This document shows, one piece after another, positions 50,222 through 62,384 of a stretch of 64,000 nt of DNA (position 1 is the stretch's first letter; each line of letters opens with the position of its first letter). Source of the DNA: Mobula hypostoma (lineage: Eukaryota); the NCBI RefSeq assembly GCF_963921235.1, contig NC_086097.1:196232001-196296000 (forward strand). Reading direction: 5' to 3'. The position numbers and the translations under genes were made by a program. The notes beneath the pieces were generated by a model. That model was not told the DNA's origin, searched no databases, and saw only the letters and a list, made by a program, of their open reading frames with translations.

Positions 50222-51600
50222 AACTTCTGGCATATTGGCCTTCATAAATCAAAGTGCTGAGATGGGGGGTATGTTGAAGTTGTGTAAGACATTGGTGAGG
50301 CCTAATTTGGAGTTTTGTGTGCAGTTTTGGTTACCTACATATGGGAAAGATGTAAGTAAGATTGAAAGAGCACAGAGAAAATTTACAAGGATGTTGCTGG
50401 GTCTGGAGGACCTGAGTTAAATGGAATGATTGGATAGGTTAGGACTTTATTCCTTGGAATGTAGAAGATTGGGAGGAGATTTGATAGAGATATACAAAAT
50501 TATGAGGGGTATATATACCAGGGCCCAGGTGGAGGACTTTGTCAAATGATGCAAGCTGAATCATTTGCAGCACAACATTAGTAAGACGAAAGAGATGGTG
50601 ATGGACTTTAGGAAGACTAAGCTTGCACTGCTCCCTGTTATTATTGATGGTGAGGATGTGGATGTGGTGAGGACCTACAAGAGCCTGGGGGTGCACCTGG
50701 GTGACAGACTTGAGTGGAGCACCAACACAGAAACAGTGTACAAGAAGGGCCAGAGTCACCTCTACTTCCTGAGGTCCTTTGCAGTAAGCAGGCTTCTCCT
50801 TCACATGTTTGACCAGTCTGTTGTCACCAGAACAATCTTTTATGTGGTGGTGTGCTGGGGCAATGGCATCAACACAGGTGATGCCAACAGACTCAATAAC
50901 TGATTAGAAAGGCTGGCTCTGTTATTGAAGTCAAACTGGACAAACTGGAGGATGTGGTAGAACAAAGGACCCTATGGAAAATTCTGGCAATTCTGGACAA
51001 TGTTTCTCACCCTCTGCATGCCGCCTTGGCTGAACAGAGGAGCACATTTAGTAATAGACTAAGATAACTGTGCTGCTCCAAAGAGCACTATATGAGGTCA
51101 TTCTTACCCTCGGCAATTAGGCTCTATGATGAGTCAACCTATAGCCGGGGAAGTGATGACCCCCTCCTGTTAGACTGTTTGAGGTAACTTATTTTTTATT
51201 CTTTCTTCTTCTCTTTATATTTATTTATGTAATGCTACTGTGACACTGCAATCTATCTATAGGTTAATGCAAGCAGGTTTTTTCTACTGAGATTGGGTAG
51301 GACTACAACTAGAGGTCAAGGGTTAAGGGTGCTAGGTGAAAAGTTTAAGGGGAAAGTGAGGGGAATCTTCTTCACTCAGACATTCATGAGAGTGTGAAAT
51401 GAGCTACCAGTGCCGGTGGTGCATGCAAGCTTGATTTCAACAGTTAATAGAAGTTTGGATAGGTACGTTGATGGTAGGGAAATGAAGGGCCATGATCCAG
51501 GTGCGGGTTGATGGAAGTAGGCAGTTTAAATAGCTTGGCATGGACAGGATGGGCCGAAGGGCCTGTTTCTGTGCTGTTCCCTATGACTCCGTGACTCTAT
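50222..51600 (+). mobile_element. CR1 3' fragment split by a Rex1/Babar LINE fragment (~50516-51255)
   Basis: CR1 LVRPNLEFCVQFW…gaggggtata breaks and resumes at ~51256 (taggttaatgcaagcagg); the insert encodes NISKTKEMVMDFRK…YKSLGVHL…KKGQSHLYFLR. Confidence 0.8.
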
Positions 51601-52370
51601 AACTCTCAACCACATTCCCGTCTTTTTTCCCGTAAGCTTTGATGCCCTTACTAATCAAGAACCTATCAACCTCTGTTTTAAATATACCCAGTGATTTGCC
51701 CTCCACAGCCATCCGTGGCAATGAATTCCACAGATTCACCACCCTCCGGATAAAGGGACTTCTCATCTCTGTTCTAAAGGGACATCCTTGTATTCTGAGG
51801 CTGTGCCCTCTGGTTCTGGTCTCCCTCGCCTTAGGAAACATCCTCTCCATGTCCACCCTGTCTAGGCCTTACAGTATATGTGTGCTGAGGTACTATCTGA
51901 AGTGTGAAAATGGCTCAATGGTCTAAAACTCTGGATTATTATATGAACTATGTGCAAATTTGCAGAATCTGAAAGTGTGGCACAAAAATTGATGTGAGAG
52001 AAGTAGGTTTCAATTCATTATGCACTAGATTCAAAATTCAAAGTTTTTTATTGTCATTCTTCAGTACGTAAGTGCAAAGGAAAACAAAACAATTGCTACT
52101 CCATATTCAATGCAGCACAAAAAAACACAATAAGCATAAAAACACAACAAATATTTTTTTTTATCCTATTATTATTAATGGGGAAAGAGGGAGCTGCCCT
52201 GTTGGGACAGGCTTTATTTGAATTGCCTGGGGTTTTTTATGTCTTCAATGTTACCAAGCAACTAAATACTGGTAAATGGTATAGCCAATATTATGCTGAG
52301 TTAAGATGATCAAAAGTGTTTCTAATTTCTTCTACCAATGTGTCTAATGTGTTTCTTTTCCAACTATATC

Positions 52371-53255
52371 CATAAGACCATAAGATATAGGAGCAGAACT
52401 TGGCCTGTTGAGTCAGCCTGCTATTTGATCATAGTTGATCCATTTCCCCTCTCAACCTTGACCTCTTGCTTTCTCCCTGTTTTCCTTCGTGCCCTGACTA
52501 AACAATAATTTATCAACCTCTCCCTTAAATATACCCAATGACTAGGCCTCCACAGCTGCATTTAGTAACAAATTCCACAGATTCACCACTCTTTGGCTGA
52601 AGAAGTTCCTGCTCATCTCCATTCTAAAAGGATGCCCCTCTCTGCTGAGGCTGTGTTTTCTGGTCTTAGACTCTCCCAACATAGGAGACATCCTCTCCAC
52701 ATCCACACTATCCTTCTAAATTCCAGTGAGAAGAGGCCCAGGGCCATCAAACTGTCCTCATATGACAAGCCTTTCAATCCCGGAAGCGTTTTCATGAACC
52801 TCCTTTGAATCCTCTCCAAGATCTGGACTTCCTTCTTAGATAAGGGTCCAAAAACTGCTCAATATACTCCAAGTGAGACCTCGCGAGTACTTTATAAAGC
52901 CTCAATATTACATCCTTGCTTTTAAATTCTAGACCTCTCGAAATGAATGCTAGCATTATATTTGCCTTCCAGACACAACCTGCAAATTAACCTTTAGGGA
53001 ATCCTGCACGAGGACTCCCAAGTTCCTTCATGCCTCAGATTTTTGAATTTTCCCTGCATTTAGAAAATAATCTACATTTTTATTTCTTTTACCATACATG
53101 ACGATATACTTCTCGACATTGTATTCCATCTGCCACTTCTTTGCCCATTCTCCTAATCTGACTAAGTCCTTCTGTAGCATCTCTACTGTTCAAAACTACC
53201 TGCCTCTCCAACTATCTTTGTATCGTCTGCAAACTTGGCCACAAAGCCATCAATT
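52371..53255 (-). mobile_element. CR1 LINE 3' fragment
   Basis: ERIQRRFMKTLPGLKGLSYED; a KFADDTK-like region near 53215-53240; tail at 52371. Confidence 0.8.
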
Positions 53256-53373
53256 CCACAGAAATAGAAACTTAACCCTAGAAACTAAACACTATTTCCT
53301 GAAATACTGAATGTGTGTCTTCAGGCTCCTGTACCTCCTCTGGTGGTAGTATTAAGGGTGACACAGTAACGTA

Positions 53374-53715
53374 CGATGGGTCATTGATAAGTTCGTGGTC
53401 TAGGGTAAAAGGAAATGTTATTAACTTCAAACTTTCTGCATAATCACTCAAAGAGTTGAACTGCATGTGCATGTAATGAGAGCTGTATAACTCATCTCCT
53501 TGTACCTTAGGCCATGAATTTATCAATCACACTTGCTGTCAACCACTTCTGAAGGTCCAAGATGTTGACTTCTACAAAGAAGGGATCCGTATGCTCCACG
53601 ACTGCTGGACTAAGTGTGTACATATCGGAGGGGGCTATGTTGAAAAATAAATGTGTTAGGTTTTCTAAAATTGACTCCTTCTACCTTAGGCCATGAACTT
53701 ATCAACCACCCCTCG
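53374..53715 (+). mobile_element. Non-autonomous mariner DNA transposon derivative
   Basis: TA flanks (53372-53373, 53716-53717); TIRs cgatgggtcattgataagttcgtggtctagggta / taccttaggccatgaacttatcaaccacccctcg; transposase C-terminus FYKEGIRMLHDCWTKCVHIGGGYVEK* at ~53570-53650. Confidence 0.85.
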
Positions 53716-53717
53716 TA

Positions 53718-53913
53718 GGTGTTAGCATAATGCCATCACAGTGCCGGCAACCTGGGTTCAATTCCCACCACTGCTTGCTAGGATTCTGTACGTGTAGGTT
53801 TTCTCTGGGCATTCCAGTTTCCTCCCACATTCCAAAGATGTATGGGTTAGAAGGTCAATTGGTCACATGGGAGTCTGGAAGGGCCTGCTCCCATGCTGTA
53901 TCTCTAAACAAAA
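53718..53913 (+). mobile_element. V-SINE fragment
   Basis: B-box gggttcaattccc, V domain ggttttctctgggcattccagtttcctcccacattccaaag, tail ctctaaacaaaa. Confidence 0.65.
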
Positions 53914-54432
53914 TACCTCACTTTTAGCTCAAATTCTCTTACTTTGCTACCGCACAACCTTGTATTCTCTGGGGAAAGTGATTACAATGCTTTTTGTGAT
54001 TCAATATTCTACCAAATAATGCAGCATTTTCTCAGTCCGAATTGTAGAAATGGTACAATATTTTTTTTTTAAAAGGTTGAGGTTCTGAATTAAGACTCAG
54101 ACGATTGAACAGCAGCATTTGTAAAGGCTTGGGGACCATATGTGGAGAAAGAAAAAGAGTTGAAGTTTCAGGTTGATGCTTTTTCATCAGAACTTGAAAG
54201 CCATATAATTAAGCCAAGTGCTACTATTGCATAGGCACACTTAGAAATTAAAAGCAACAAAGTCTGGAAATTCACTTCTGATAAACGGGGAATGTAATCT
54301 ACAGTATGTATGTATAGTTTCATTTTTTATAGTGCATTTACAAGAAGTTGTCTATACTTTTTTTAAAAATATAACTCTAGTAATATTAAAAACTTGCTTT
54401 CAAACTCTAACTGTGAGCATGATTTATTGCAG

Positions 54433-54596
54433 AAGCCACAGCTTATCACAGGGTCAGCAACACTCTCTAAGTTTCTACGGAGACATTGTCCTGTGGTAAC
54501 AGAGACGTATTATCCGACCTTTTGGTGCTGGGAATCAAGAGTCCAGACACTGCTCAGGCCATTGATCACTGCTAAACCTTGGGTGGAATACAGAAA
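54433..54596 (+). CDS. ABHD3: ABHD3 second coding exon
   Basis: ttgcAG|KPQLITGSATLSKFLRRHCPVVTETYYPTFWCWESRVQTLLRPLITAKPWVEYR+AA|GTATGC; matches ABHD3 KPQL…HCPVVTETYYPT.WCWE…QTLLRP; in frame with exon 1. Confidence 0.95.
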
Positions 54597-55092
54597 GTAT
54601 GCTTCACTGTTTTATTGTTTATTGTACCATTAGTATTGTTCGGCATTGATGATTCTTCAGACAATAACCATATTCTCTCAGAAAAATATTTTAATTAATT
54701 CTTTCAGCTGTATATTAATCAGATTTATATATATATATCAGCCACTAATATTTTTGAAATTTCCATTCATACCAAAATATTTAAATACAGCCATATTATC
54801 CAAATAATAAGCTTCTCCATTTTTCATGTTCAACAGATGAAACAATGAACACTATTTTTATAATTCAACTTCTATAACTGCAGTGTTTTTAAAATTTTGA
54901 TTGAACTGCTGAACAAAATACTAAATGGATTATAAGTAGAAATAATTAATATAATTTGTAATTTTTCCGATCTGAAGTTCCAGAAAATTCCAACCCAAAG
55001 CACTGAATATTCTGAATATTTTGGCATCAAGGTGCAATCTGCTGAAGGAATTCAGCGAGTCAAACAGATTCTGTGGGAGGAAGTGTCCATAT

Positions 55093-55191
55093 TTGAATTG
55101 AATTGAATTGAATTGACTTTATTTCTTACGTCCTTCACATACATGAGGAGTAAAACTCCTTACATTACGTCTCCATCTAAATGTGCAATGT
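55093..55191 (-). mobile_element. LINE 3' tail with stem-loop and (attca)n terminus
   Basis: - strand …aaggagttttactcctcatgtatgtgaaggacgtaagaaataaagtc(aattc)n; hairpin aggag/ctcct at 55146-55160. Confidence 0.65.
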
Positions 55192-55204
55192 AGAAGAAGC
55201 CCAA

Positions 55205-55290
55205 TCCTTCGAGCTAGATTCGAACCAGCAATCTAAGGATGACTCCATGTCCTCTACAGTCCTCCACTCTACCGACTGTGCTATCGAAGG
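55205..55290 (-). tRNA. tRNA-Tyr(GTA) with a 13-nt intron, probably a pseudogene
   Basis: - strand CCTTCGATAGCACAGTCGGTAGAGTGGAGGACTGTAG-[aggacatggagtc]-ATCCTTAGATTGCTGGTTCGAATCTAGCTCGAAGGA. Anticodon at 55255-55257; acceptor, anticodon and T stems pair; the D stem has an A:A mismatch. Confidence 0.9.
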
Positions 55291-55503
55291 AAAGGTCCTA
55301 ATAGAGGGTTTTGAAGTGAAATATTGATAATTCCTTTCCTCCCATAGATGCTGTTCATCTCGCTGAGTTCTCCAGCAATTTGCTTGTTGCTCCAGGTTCC
55401 AGTATCTGCTGACTCTTGCATCTTGAATATTAACTGTTGTATGAACTTATGCTTATAGGAGTCCTACATTTTCAACTTTGTTTTTTTAATCTCTGCATTA
55501 CAG

Positions 55504-55686
55504 TGAATTGATTAAGACAGTAGATGGTGGACATATTTCCTTGGACTGGAATAATAATGATGACAATGCACTCTATCCTGTTCCTGCTACAAGACCGACC
55601 ATACTTATCTTACCCGGACTTACGGGATCAAGCAAGGAATCATACGTGCTCCACATGGTTAAACAGAGTGAAAGACTTGGATACAG
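55504..55686 (+). CDS. ABHD3: ABHD3 third coding exon (GC donor)
   Basis: ttacAG|T completes Asn (AA|T); ELIKTVDGGHISLDW…TRPTILILPGLTGSSKESYVLHM…LGY-AG|GCAAGC. Confidence 0.93.
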
Positions 55687-56152
55687 GCAAGCATTATCTT
55701 TATGGATTTTTCTTTTTTATCGTCCACATTCCTCTTACAATCAGAATCAGAATCTGAGTCAGGTTTAATATCACTGATATATGTCGTGAAATTTGTTGTT
55801 TTGCAGCCCAAGTACAGTGCAAAACATAAATATATTTCAAATTCCAATAAGAAATATATTTTCAAAAATTAAATCAGTGCAAAAAGAGAGTAAAAATGTA
55901 GTATTCATGGGTTAGTCTGTTGTCTGTTCAGAAGTCTGATAGTGGAGGGGAAGAAGCTGTTCCTAAAATGTTGAATGTGTGTCTTCAGGTTCCTGTACTT
56001 TATCACTACCATCAGAGAAGCTGTTCCTAAAATGTTGTGGGTGTATCTTTTCTATTTTTTTATTTAGAGATACAGCAGGGTAACAGGCCCTTCTAGCCCA
56101 ACAAGTCTGTGTTGCACAATTACACCCAATAACCAAATAACCTTCTAACCCA

Positions 56153-56723
56153 AACACGAGGAAATCTGCAGATGCTGGAATTTCAAGCAACACACATAAA
56201 AGTGAAAGAGGAGAGAGAGAAAAAGAATGTGTGTATATATATAAATAAACGTCTGGGTAGCCACCTTATATTCCGTCTGGGCAGCCTCAACCTGATGGCA
56301 TGAACATTGACTTCTCAAACTTCCGCTAATGCCCCACCTGCCCCTCGTACCCCATCCGTTATTTATTTATTTATAGACACACATTCTTTTCTCTCTCTCC
56401 TTTTTCTCCCTCTGTCCCTCTCACTATACCCTTGGCCCATCCTCTAGGCTTCCCCCTCCCCCTTTTCTTTCTCCCTAGGCCTCCTGTCCCATGATCCTCT
56501 CATATCCCTTTTGCCAATCAACTGCCCAGCTCTTGACTCCATCCCTCCCCCTCCTGTCTTCTCCTATCATTTCAGATCTCCCCCTCTCCCTCCCACTTTC
56601 AAATCTCTTACTAGCTCTTCTTTCAGTTAGTCCTGACAAAGGGTCTCGGCCCGAAACATCGACTGTACCTCTTCCTAGACATGCTGCCTGGCCTGCTGCA
56701 TTCACCAGCAACTTTGATGTGTG
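56153..56723 (+). mobile_element. Short PLE 3' insertion with inverted 5' piece and 14-bp TSD, inserted in a - strand V-SINE (~56064-56890)
   Basis: TSD aaccttctaaccca at 56139-56152 and 56724-56737; hammerhead remnant at ~56629-56664. Confidence 0.85.
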
Positions 56724-58347
56724 AACCTTCTAACCCATACATCTTTGGAATGTGGGAGGAAACTGGAGCACCCAGAGGAAACCCACACAGTCACGGGGGG
56801 AACATACAGAATCTTTGCAGGCAGCAGTGGAATTGAACCTGGTTTGCTGGGGCTGTAATGGCATTACACTAACCGCTATGTTACTGTGCCACCCTTAATA
56901 CTACCATCAGAGGAGGTACAGGAGCCTGAAGACACACACTCAATATTTCAGCAACAGCTTCTTCCCCTCTGCCATCAGATTACCCATCAGCCATCATTTT
57001 TCCAAGCAGGAAGGAGTACAAGCAACCATTTCCCAGGACAATGTAAGATGGGAGTATTGGGAAATTAAATATACCCCCATCTTGGATCCTCCAGAGTTAG
57101 GTATAGCATAATTAAAAGCAGTGTATTTCTTTGACTATTCTCTATGAGGCAAAATGTCCTGGTTCCAATTACAGAAGATCACTGTGCACACTATCAGACT
57201 TACTCTATCAGCCACACAGCATTTAGGCTCAAGAGATAGTTCAATGTATTAAGTTCATTAAAACCAATAAATTATAATCAAATCTACATAATTTCATGCA
57301 CAAATAACCACTACCTTCCAAGCAAGCTCCAGACTAGGTTAGATCTAGCAATTGAATTTCATGCAATGACTGAAACAGGTTTATACTAAAGGGTGCATAA
57401 GAAAAATTGCATGACTTGCATTAGAATCACATCAGATTTATCAATATTCAAGCAATGCTGCACTGTTCATTAGAAACACAGGTCAGGAGTCAGTTTTATT
57501 TTCTGTATATTATTTATAAATATCCTATCTGTGGTTAATATTAATAGATCAGACAACAGGAATTCTGCAATGCTGGAAATTCAAGCAACACACATCAAAG
57601 TTGCTGGTGAACGCAGCAGGCTAGGCAGCATCTCTAGGAAGAGGTACAGTCAACGTTTCAGGCTGAGATCCTTCGTCAGACTCTGATTCTGAAATGGCAA
57701 AATGACTTGGGCTATGACTTGGGTTCACAGAAAGTTAACACTAGAAATAGGAGCAGGAAAAATGCTTGGGACCACTCCACCATTCAACAGGATCAAACTT
57801 GATCCATTGCCACTGCTTTGCCTGGCACAGAAGAGTGTTTCTCATCTAAAGCAGTGTCCTCCTGACCAACCTCCTGCATGTTATGTAAGAAGGACATACT
57901 CCTTGCTCCTTACGATCTGTACATTTGGTCTCACAGGCAGAACTATCCCAATTGTGTTCCTCATCAGGCTCCTCCGTATGACTACTGCTTTGCGGAGTCG
58001 TAGTCTGGTGGGCGAATGAAATAGTTCCTTCTCTCTCTCTTCCCTGAATACAGCCTACAAAGCACTTTGCTGTTAAAAGTATATTCTGCCCACACAGTAT
58101 GAGTATATGAGCTGGTGCTGAGGAAGGCTCTATGTCCTTATACTCAAGTTCCTTTTCAGCAAAAGTGTGGTGGTGGTGGTGAGTTTCTTCTTCTTCGTGA
58201 TCCTACAATAATAAAGGACAAATGAGAAAGGCAAGCCTGCAAACAAGGCCCCTTTATGGCAAGAGCTGAAGAATCTCTTAAGCAGTGGGGAAACTTCAAT
58301 CATCAGAATCAGAATCAGGTTTATGATCACTAACATACATCATGAAA

Positions 58348-58450
58348 TACAAGGGGTGATTGATAAGTTCATGGCCTAGGGTAGAAGGAGTCAATTTTAG
58401 AAAACCTAGCACATTTATTTTTCCTACATTTACACATGTAGTCCAGCGGT
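58348..58450 (-). mobile_element. Mariner end fragment (same family as 53374-53715)
   Basis: tacaaggggtgattgataagttcatggcctagggtagaaggagtcaattttagaaaacc is the reverse complement of 53657-53717. Confidence 0.8.
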
Positions 58451-60129
58451 TGTGGAGCAGTTTTGAAGTAGTGTCCATGGGTTCGTGGACTGTTCAGAAA
58501 GCTGATAGTGGAGGGGATGAAGTTGTTCCTAAAACATTGAGTATTATTCTTCAGGCTCCTGTACCTCCTCCCTGATGGAAGCAACAAGAAGAGAGCATGG
58601 TCCAGATGGTGAGAGTACTTAAAAATGGATGCTGTCTTCTTAAGGCACTGCCTCTTGAACATATCCTTGATGGTGTGGGGAGGATGTACAGAAAGAGCTT
58701 GGATACTAGTATATCAGAGGAATTGTGTGCCTTTGTGTATCCAAGAGAAGGAAATCACCTGCTCCAATGCTTATCAGGAGAGCCTTCTCCTTCAGATTGG
58801 TCAGTTTCCCAGCCTAAGAGGGCTCTGCTCTTAGCAATAGTGAGGTAAATTAGCAAGGTTGACTCAAAATATGACTGATTTACTTAATGAATCTGTGTCT
58901 CTCTGTATGGTTGCACGCGCATGTGTGTGTGTGTTTGTGTGCACATTAGTACCATTTGCTGCATAAGTTACTGTAAGAGCTGGAGTCTCATCATCAGATA
59001 ACCAATATTTGCGGTTGTTTCTACTGAAAGGTTTTAAACAAACATGCCACTTTGCATACATTGATGCATTTGTTTACACTGTGTGATCCTTTGACAAAAA
59101 GCAAAATACCGATTTAATATTCTTATTTTAGAGTAAATGAGTTTTAAAGCCTTCATTTCTGAGAACTCTGAGATAACTTGGTTTCACTATTTCCCAGTAG
59201 AATTAAATCATGCACAATGCAGTTAATTTTGACCTTATGTGAAATGTTGATAATGCATAGTGAACTATCAACTAGTGCAATAATGACAGTGTAATGACTG
59301 ATAATCAACTGAAAATCCCAAAGTGCTTAAGGAAGTGGTCTTCAAAATAATAGATGCATCACTAGTCATCCTCCAAACTTCTATAGACTGGAGAAGTTCC
59401 AATGGAAAGTATCTGATGTGACCTCAAATGTTTAAAAAGAGGGGTTGGGAAGAAACAGGGTATTGTGAAGTCTAGATTGATTTTATCCAATCCTGTCACT
59501 GTCCAAGTGCTTTACCATTACAATGGACTATTATTTTGTACCCACTTATTGACATTAGTAGTGGACCATACCTTCAGTATGGTGTGCAGTTTTGGTCTCC
59601 TTTTCTATGGAAGATTCTTGCTGAGGAGAGAGAGTGTAAAGGCTCATCTGAGTGATTCTGGGGATGGTAGGTCTGAAGTATGAAGAAAGAATTGGGTTTA
59701 TATTGAGTAAATTTAAAAGAATGAAAGGTGATCTCATGGAAATCTACAAATTTATAACAGAGACATAAGACCACAAGAGTGAGAAGCAGAGTGAGGTCAT
59801 TTGGCTCATTGAGTCTGCTCTACCATTTAATCACGGCTGATACTTCTGACCCCATTTTTTTTCAAAACCTACAGCACAATACAGGCCCTTCAGCCCACAA
59901 AGTTGTGCCCAATATGTCCCTATCTCAGAAATTACTAGGCTTACCTATAGCCCTCTATTTTTCTAAGCTCCATGTACCTATCCAAAAGTCTCTTAAAAGA
60001 CCCTGTCATATCCGCCTCCACCACTGTTGCCGGCAGCCCATTCCACGCACTCACCACTCCTTGAGTAAAAAACTTACCCCTGACATCTCCTCTGTACCTA
60101 CTCCCCAACAGCTTAAACCTGTGTCCTCT

Positions 60130-60927
60130 ACACATGCTTGTAAGCGGAACAAGTGCTACACATGCCCTTACACTTCCTCCCTTACCACCATTCAGGGCCC
60201 CAGACAGTCCTTCCAGGTGAGGCGACACTTCACCTGTGAGTCGGCTGGGGTGATATACTGCGTCCGGTGCTCCCGATGTGGCCTTCTATATATTGGCGAG
60301 ACCCAGCGTAGACTGGGAGACCGTTTTGCTGAACATCTACGCTCTGTCTGCCAGAGAAAGCAGGATCTCCCAGTGGCCACACATTTTAATTCCACATCCC
60401 ATTCCCATTCTGACATGTCTATCCACGGCCTCCTCTACTGTAAAGATGAAGCCACACTCAGGTTGGAGGAACAACACCTTATATTCCATCTGGGTAGCCT
60501 CCAACCTGATGGCATGAACATTGACTTCTCTAACTTCCGCTAATGCCCCACCTCCCCCTCGTACCCCATCCCTTATTTATTTTTATACACATATTCTTTC
60601 TCTCACTCTCCTTTTTCTCCCTCTGTCCCTCTGACTATGCCCCTAGCACATCCTCTGGGTTTTCACTCCCTCCCCCTTTTCCTTCTCCCTAGGCCTCCTA
60701 TCCCATGATCCTCTCATATCCCTTTTGTCAATCACCTGTCCAGCTCTTGGCTCCAACCCTCCCCCTCCCGTCTTCTCCTATCATTTTGGATCACCCCCTC
60801 CCACTTTCAAATCTCTTACTAGCTCTTCCTTCAGTTAGTCCTGATGAAGGGTCTCGGCCTGAAACATCGACTGTAACTCTTCCTAGAGATGCTGCCTGAC
60901 CTGCTGCGTTCACCAGCAACTTTGATG
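60130..60927 (+). mobile_element. Young PLE 3' fragment with an open GIY-YIG endonuclease frame, abutting a - strand CR1 tail (~59866-60128)
   Basis: CKRNKCYTCP…GVIYCVRCSRCGLLYIGETQRRLGDRFAEH…LEEQHLIFHLGSLQPDGMN; hammerhead remnant at 60837-60872. Confidence 0.9.
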
Positions 60928-61104
60928 AGTTTTGAGGAAGTAGTGATGGTACAGAAGGACTTAGACAGATTAAGAGAATGGGGAAAGAAATGGCAGTTGG
61001 AATACAGTCTCCGGAAGAGTATGGTCATGCACATTGGTAAAAGAAGTGAAAGGATTGACTATTTTATGACCATTCTGCTCCTCTATCTTATAGCCTTACA
61101 GTTA

Positions 61105-62095
61105 TATAAGACCAAAAGATATCAGAGCTGAATTAAGCCACTTGACCCATCAAGCCTGCTGCGCTATTTCATTATGGTTGATCCATTTTTCCTGTCAGCC
61201 TCAATCTCCTGCATCTCCCTGTATCCCTTCATGCCCAGACCATTCAAGGATCTATCAACCGCTGCCTTAAATATACATAAAGACTTGGCCTCCACAGCTG
61301 CCTGTGGCAATGAATTGCACAGATTCACCACTCTCTGGCCAAAGAAATTCCTCCTCATGTCCATTCTAAAAGGACACCCCTCTTTTCTGAGGCTGTGTCC
61401 AGTGGTCTTAAACTCTCCTGCCATAGGGAACATTCTCTCCTCATCCACTCTGTAAAGGTCTATCATCATTCAACAGGTTTCAATAATGTCACCCATCATT
61501 TTTCTGAATTCTAGTGAATACAGGCCCAGAGCATATTTCATATTTCAATCCTAGAATCATTTTTGTGAACTTCCTTTGCAAACCAACTACTTCATTTTCA
61601 GCATTATCACTCTGGTTCCCATCCCCCTACCAAATTAGTTTAAACCCATCCAAACAAACCTAGTCAACCTGCCCACAAAGACATTGGAGCCCCTTGGGTT
61701 TAGGTGTAACTTGTTCCTTTTATACAGGTCATACCTTCCCCAGAAGAGATCTCAATGATCCATAAATTTGAACTTTTGTCCCCCTGCACCAGTTCCTCAG
61801 CCGTGCATTCATCTTCTAAATCATCCCGTTCTTATACTTATTGGATGTGGCACAGGCAGCAATCCAGAGATTACCACCCTGGAGGTCGTGTTCCTCAGCT
61901 TTCTACCTCGCTCCCTTCATATCTTTTCAGGACCTCCTTCCCTTGTCTACCTAAGTCATTGGTGCCAATATGTACCAAGACTTCTGGCTGCTCACCCTCA
62001 CTCTTGAGAATGCCAGGGACCCAATCTGAGGCATCCCTGATCCTGGCACCATGGAGGCAGCATACCGTCCAGATATTTCAATTGTGCCCACAGAT
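61105..62095 (-). mobile_element. CR1 fragments (3' end and ORF1 esterase remnant)
   Basis: TTGHSLR…RRNFFGQRVVNL; 61600-62095 resembles 44770-45260. Confidence 0.75.
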
Positions 62096-62384
62096 CAAAC
62101 TTAGTTGGTAATTAAAGATTACCAGTGTCCCAGTGTAATAAAGAGGAGTTAATTGCCCTCAGTAAGGGAGAGAGAGGGGCTGTGAGAAGTCCACACTAGA
62201 CAAGAAGACGTAAAGAACTATTATTGTATTTACTTGTAGATATTTTGTAAATATTGGCAGTTTTCTTTTCACTATTTTCACTAATTTTGTAAGTTTGATT
62301 TTTGACAAACATAATAAATACCCTTGTACTAAAGTGCTAAGTAACTCCAGCCATTTTTTCTTTGGTCATAACCCACATATCTCA

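Noticed and set aside
59779..60543. 254-aa ORF as a novel nuclease gene
   Set aside because: Chance read-through from antisense CR1 tail sequence into a PLE GIY-YIG fragment; GTG start.
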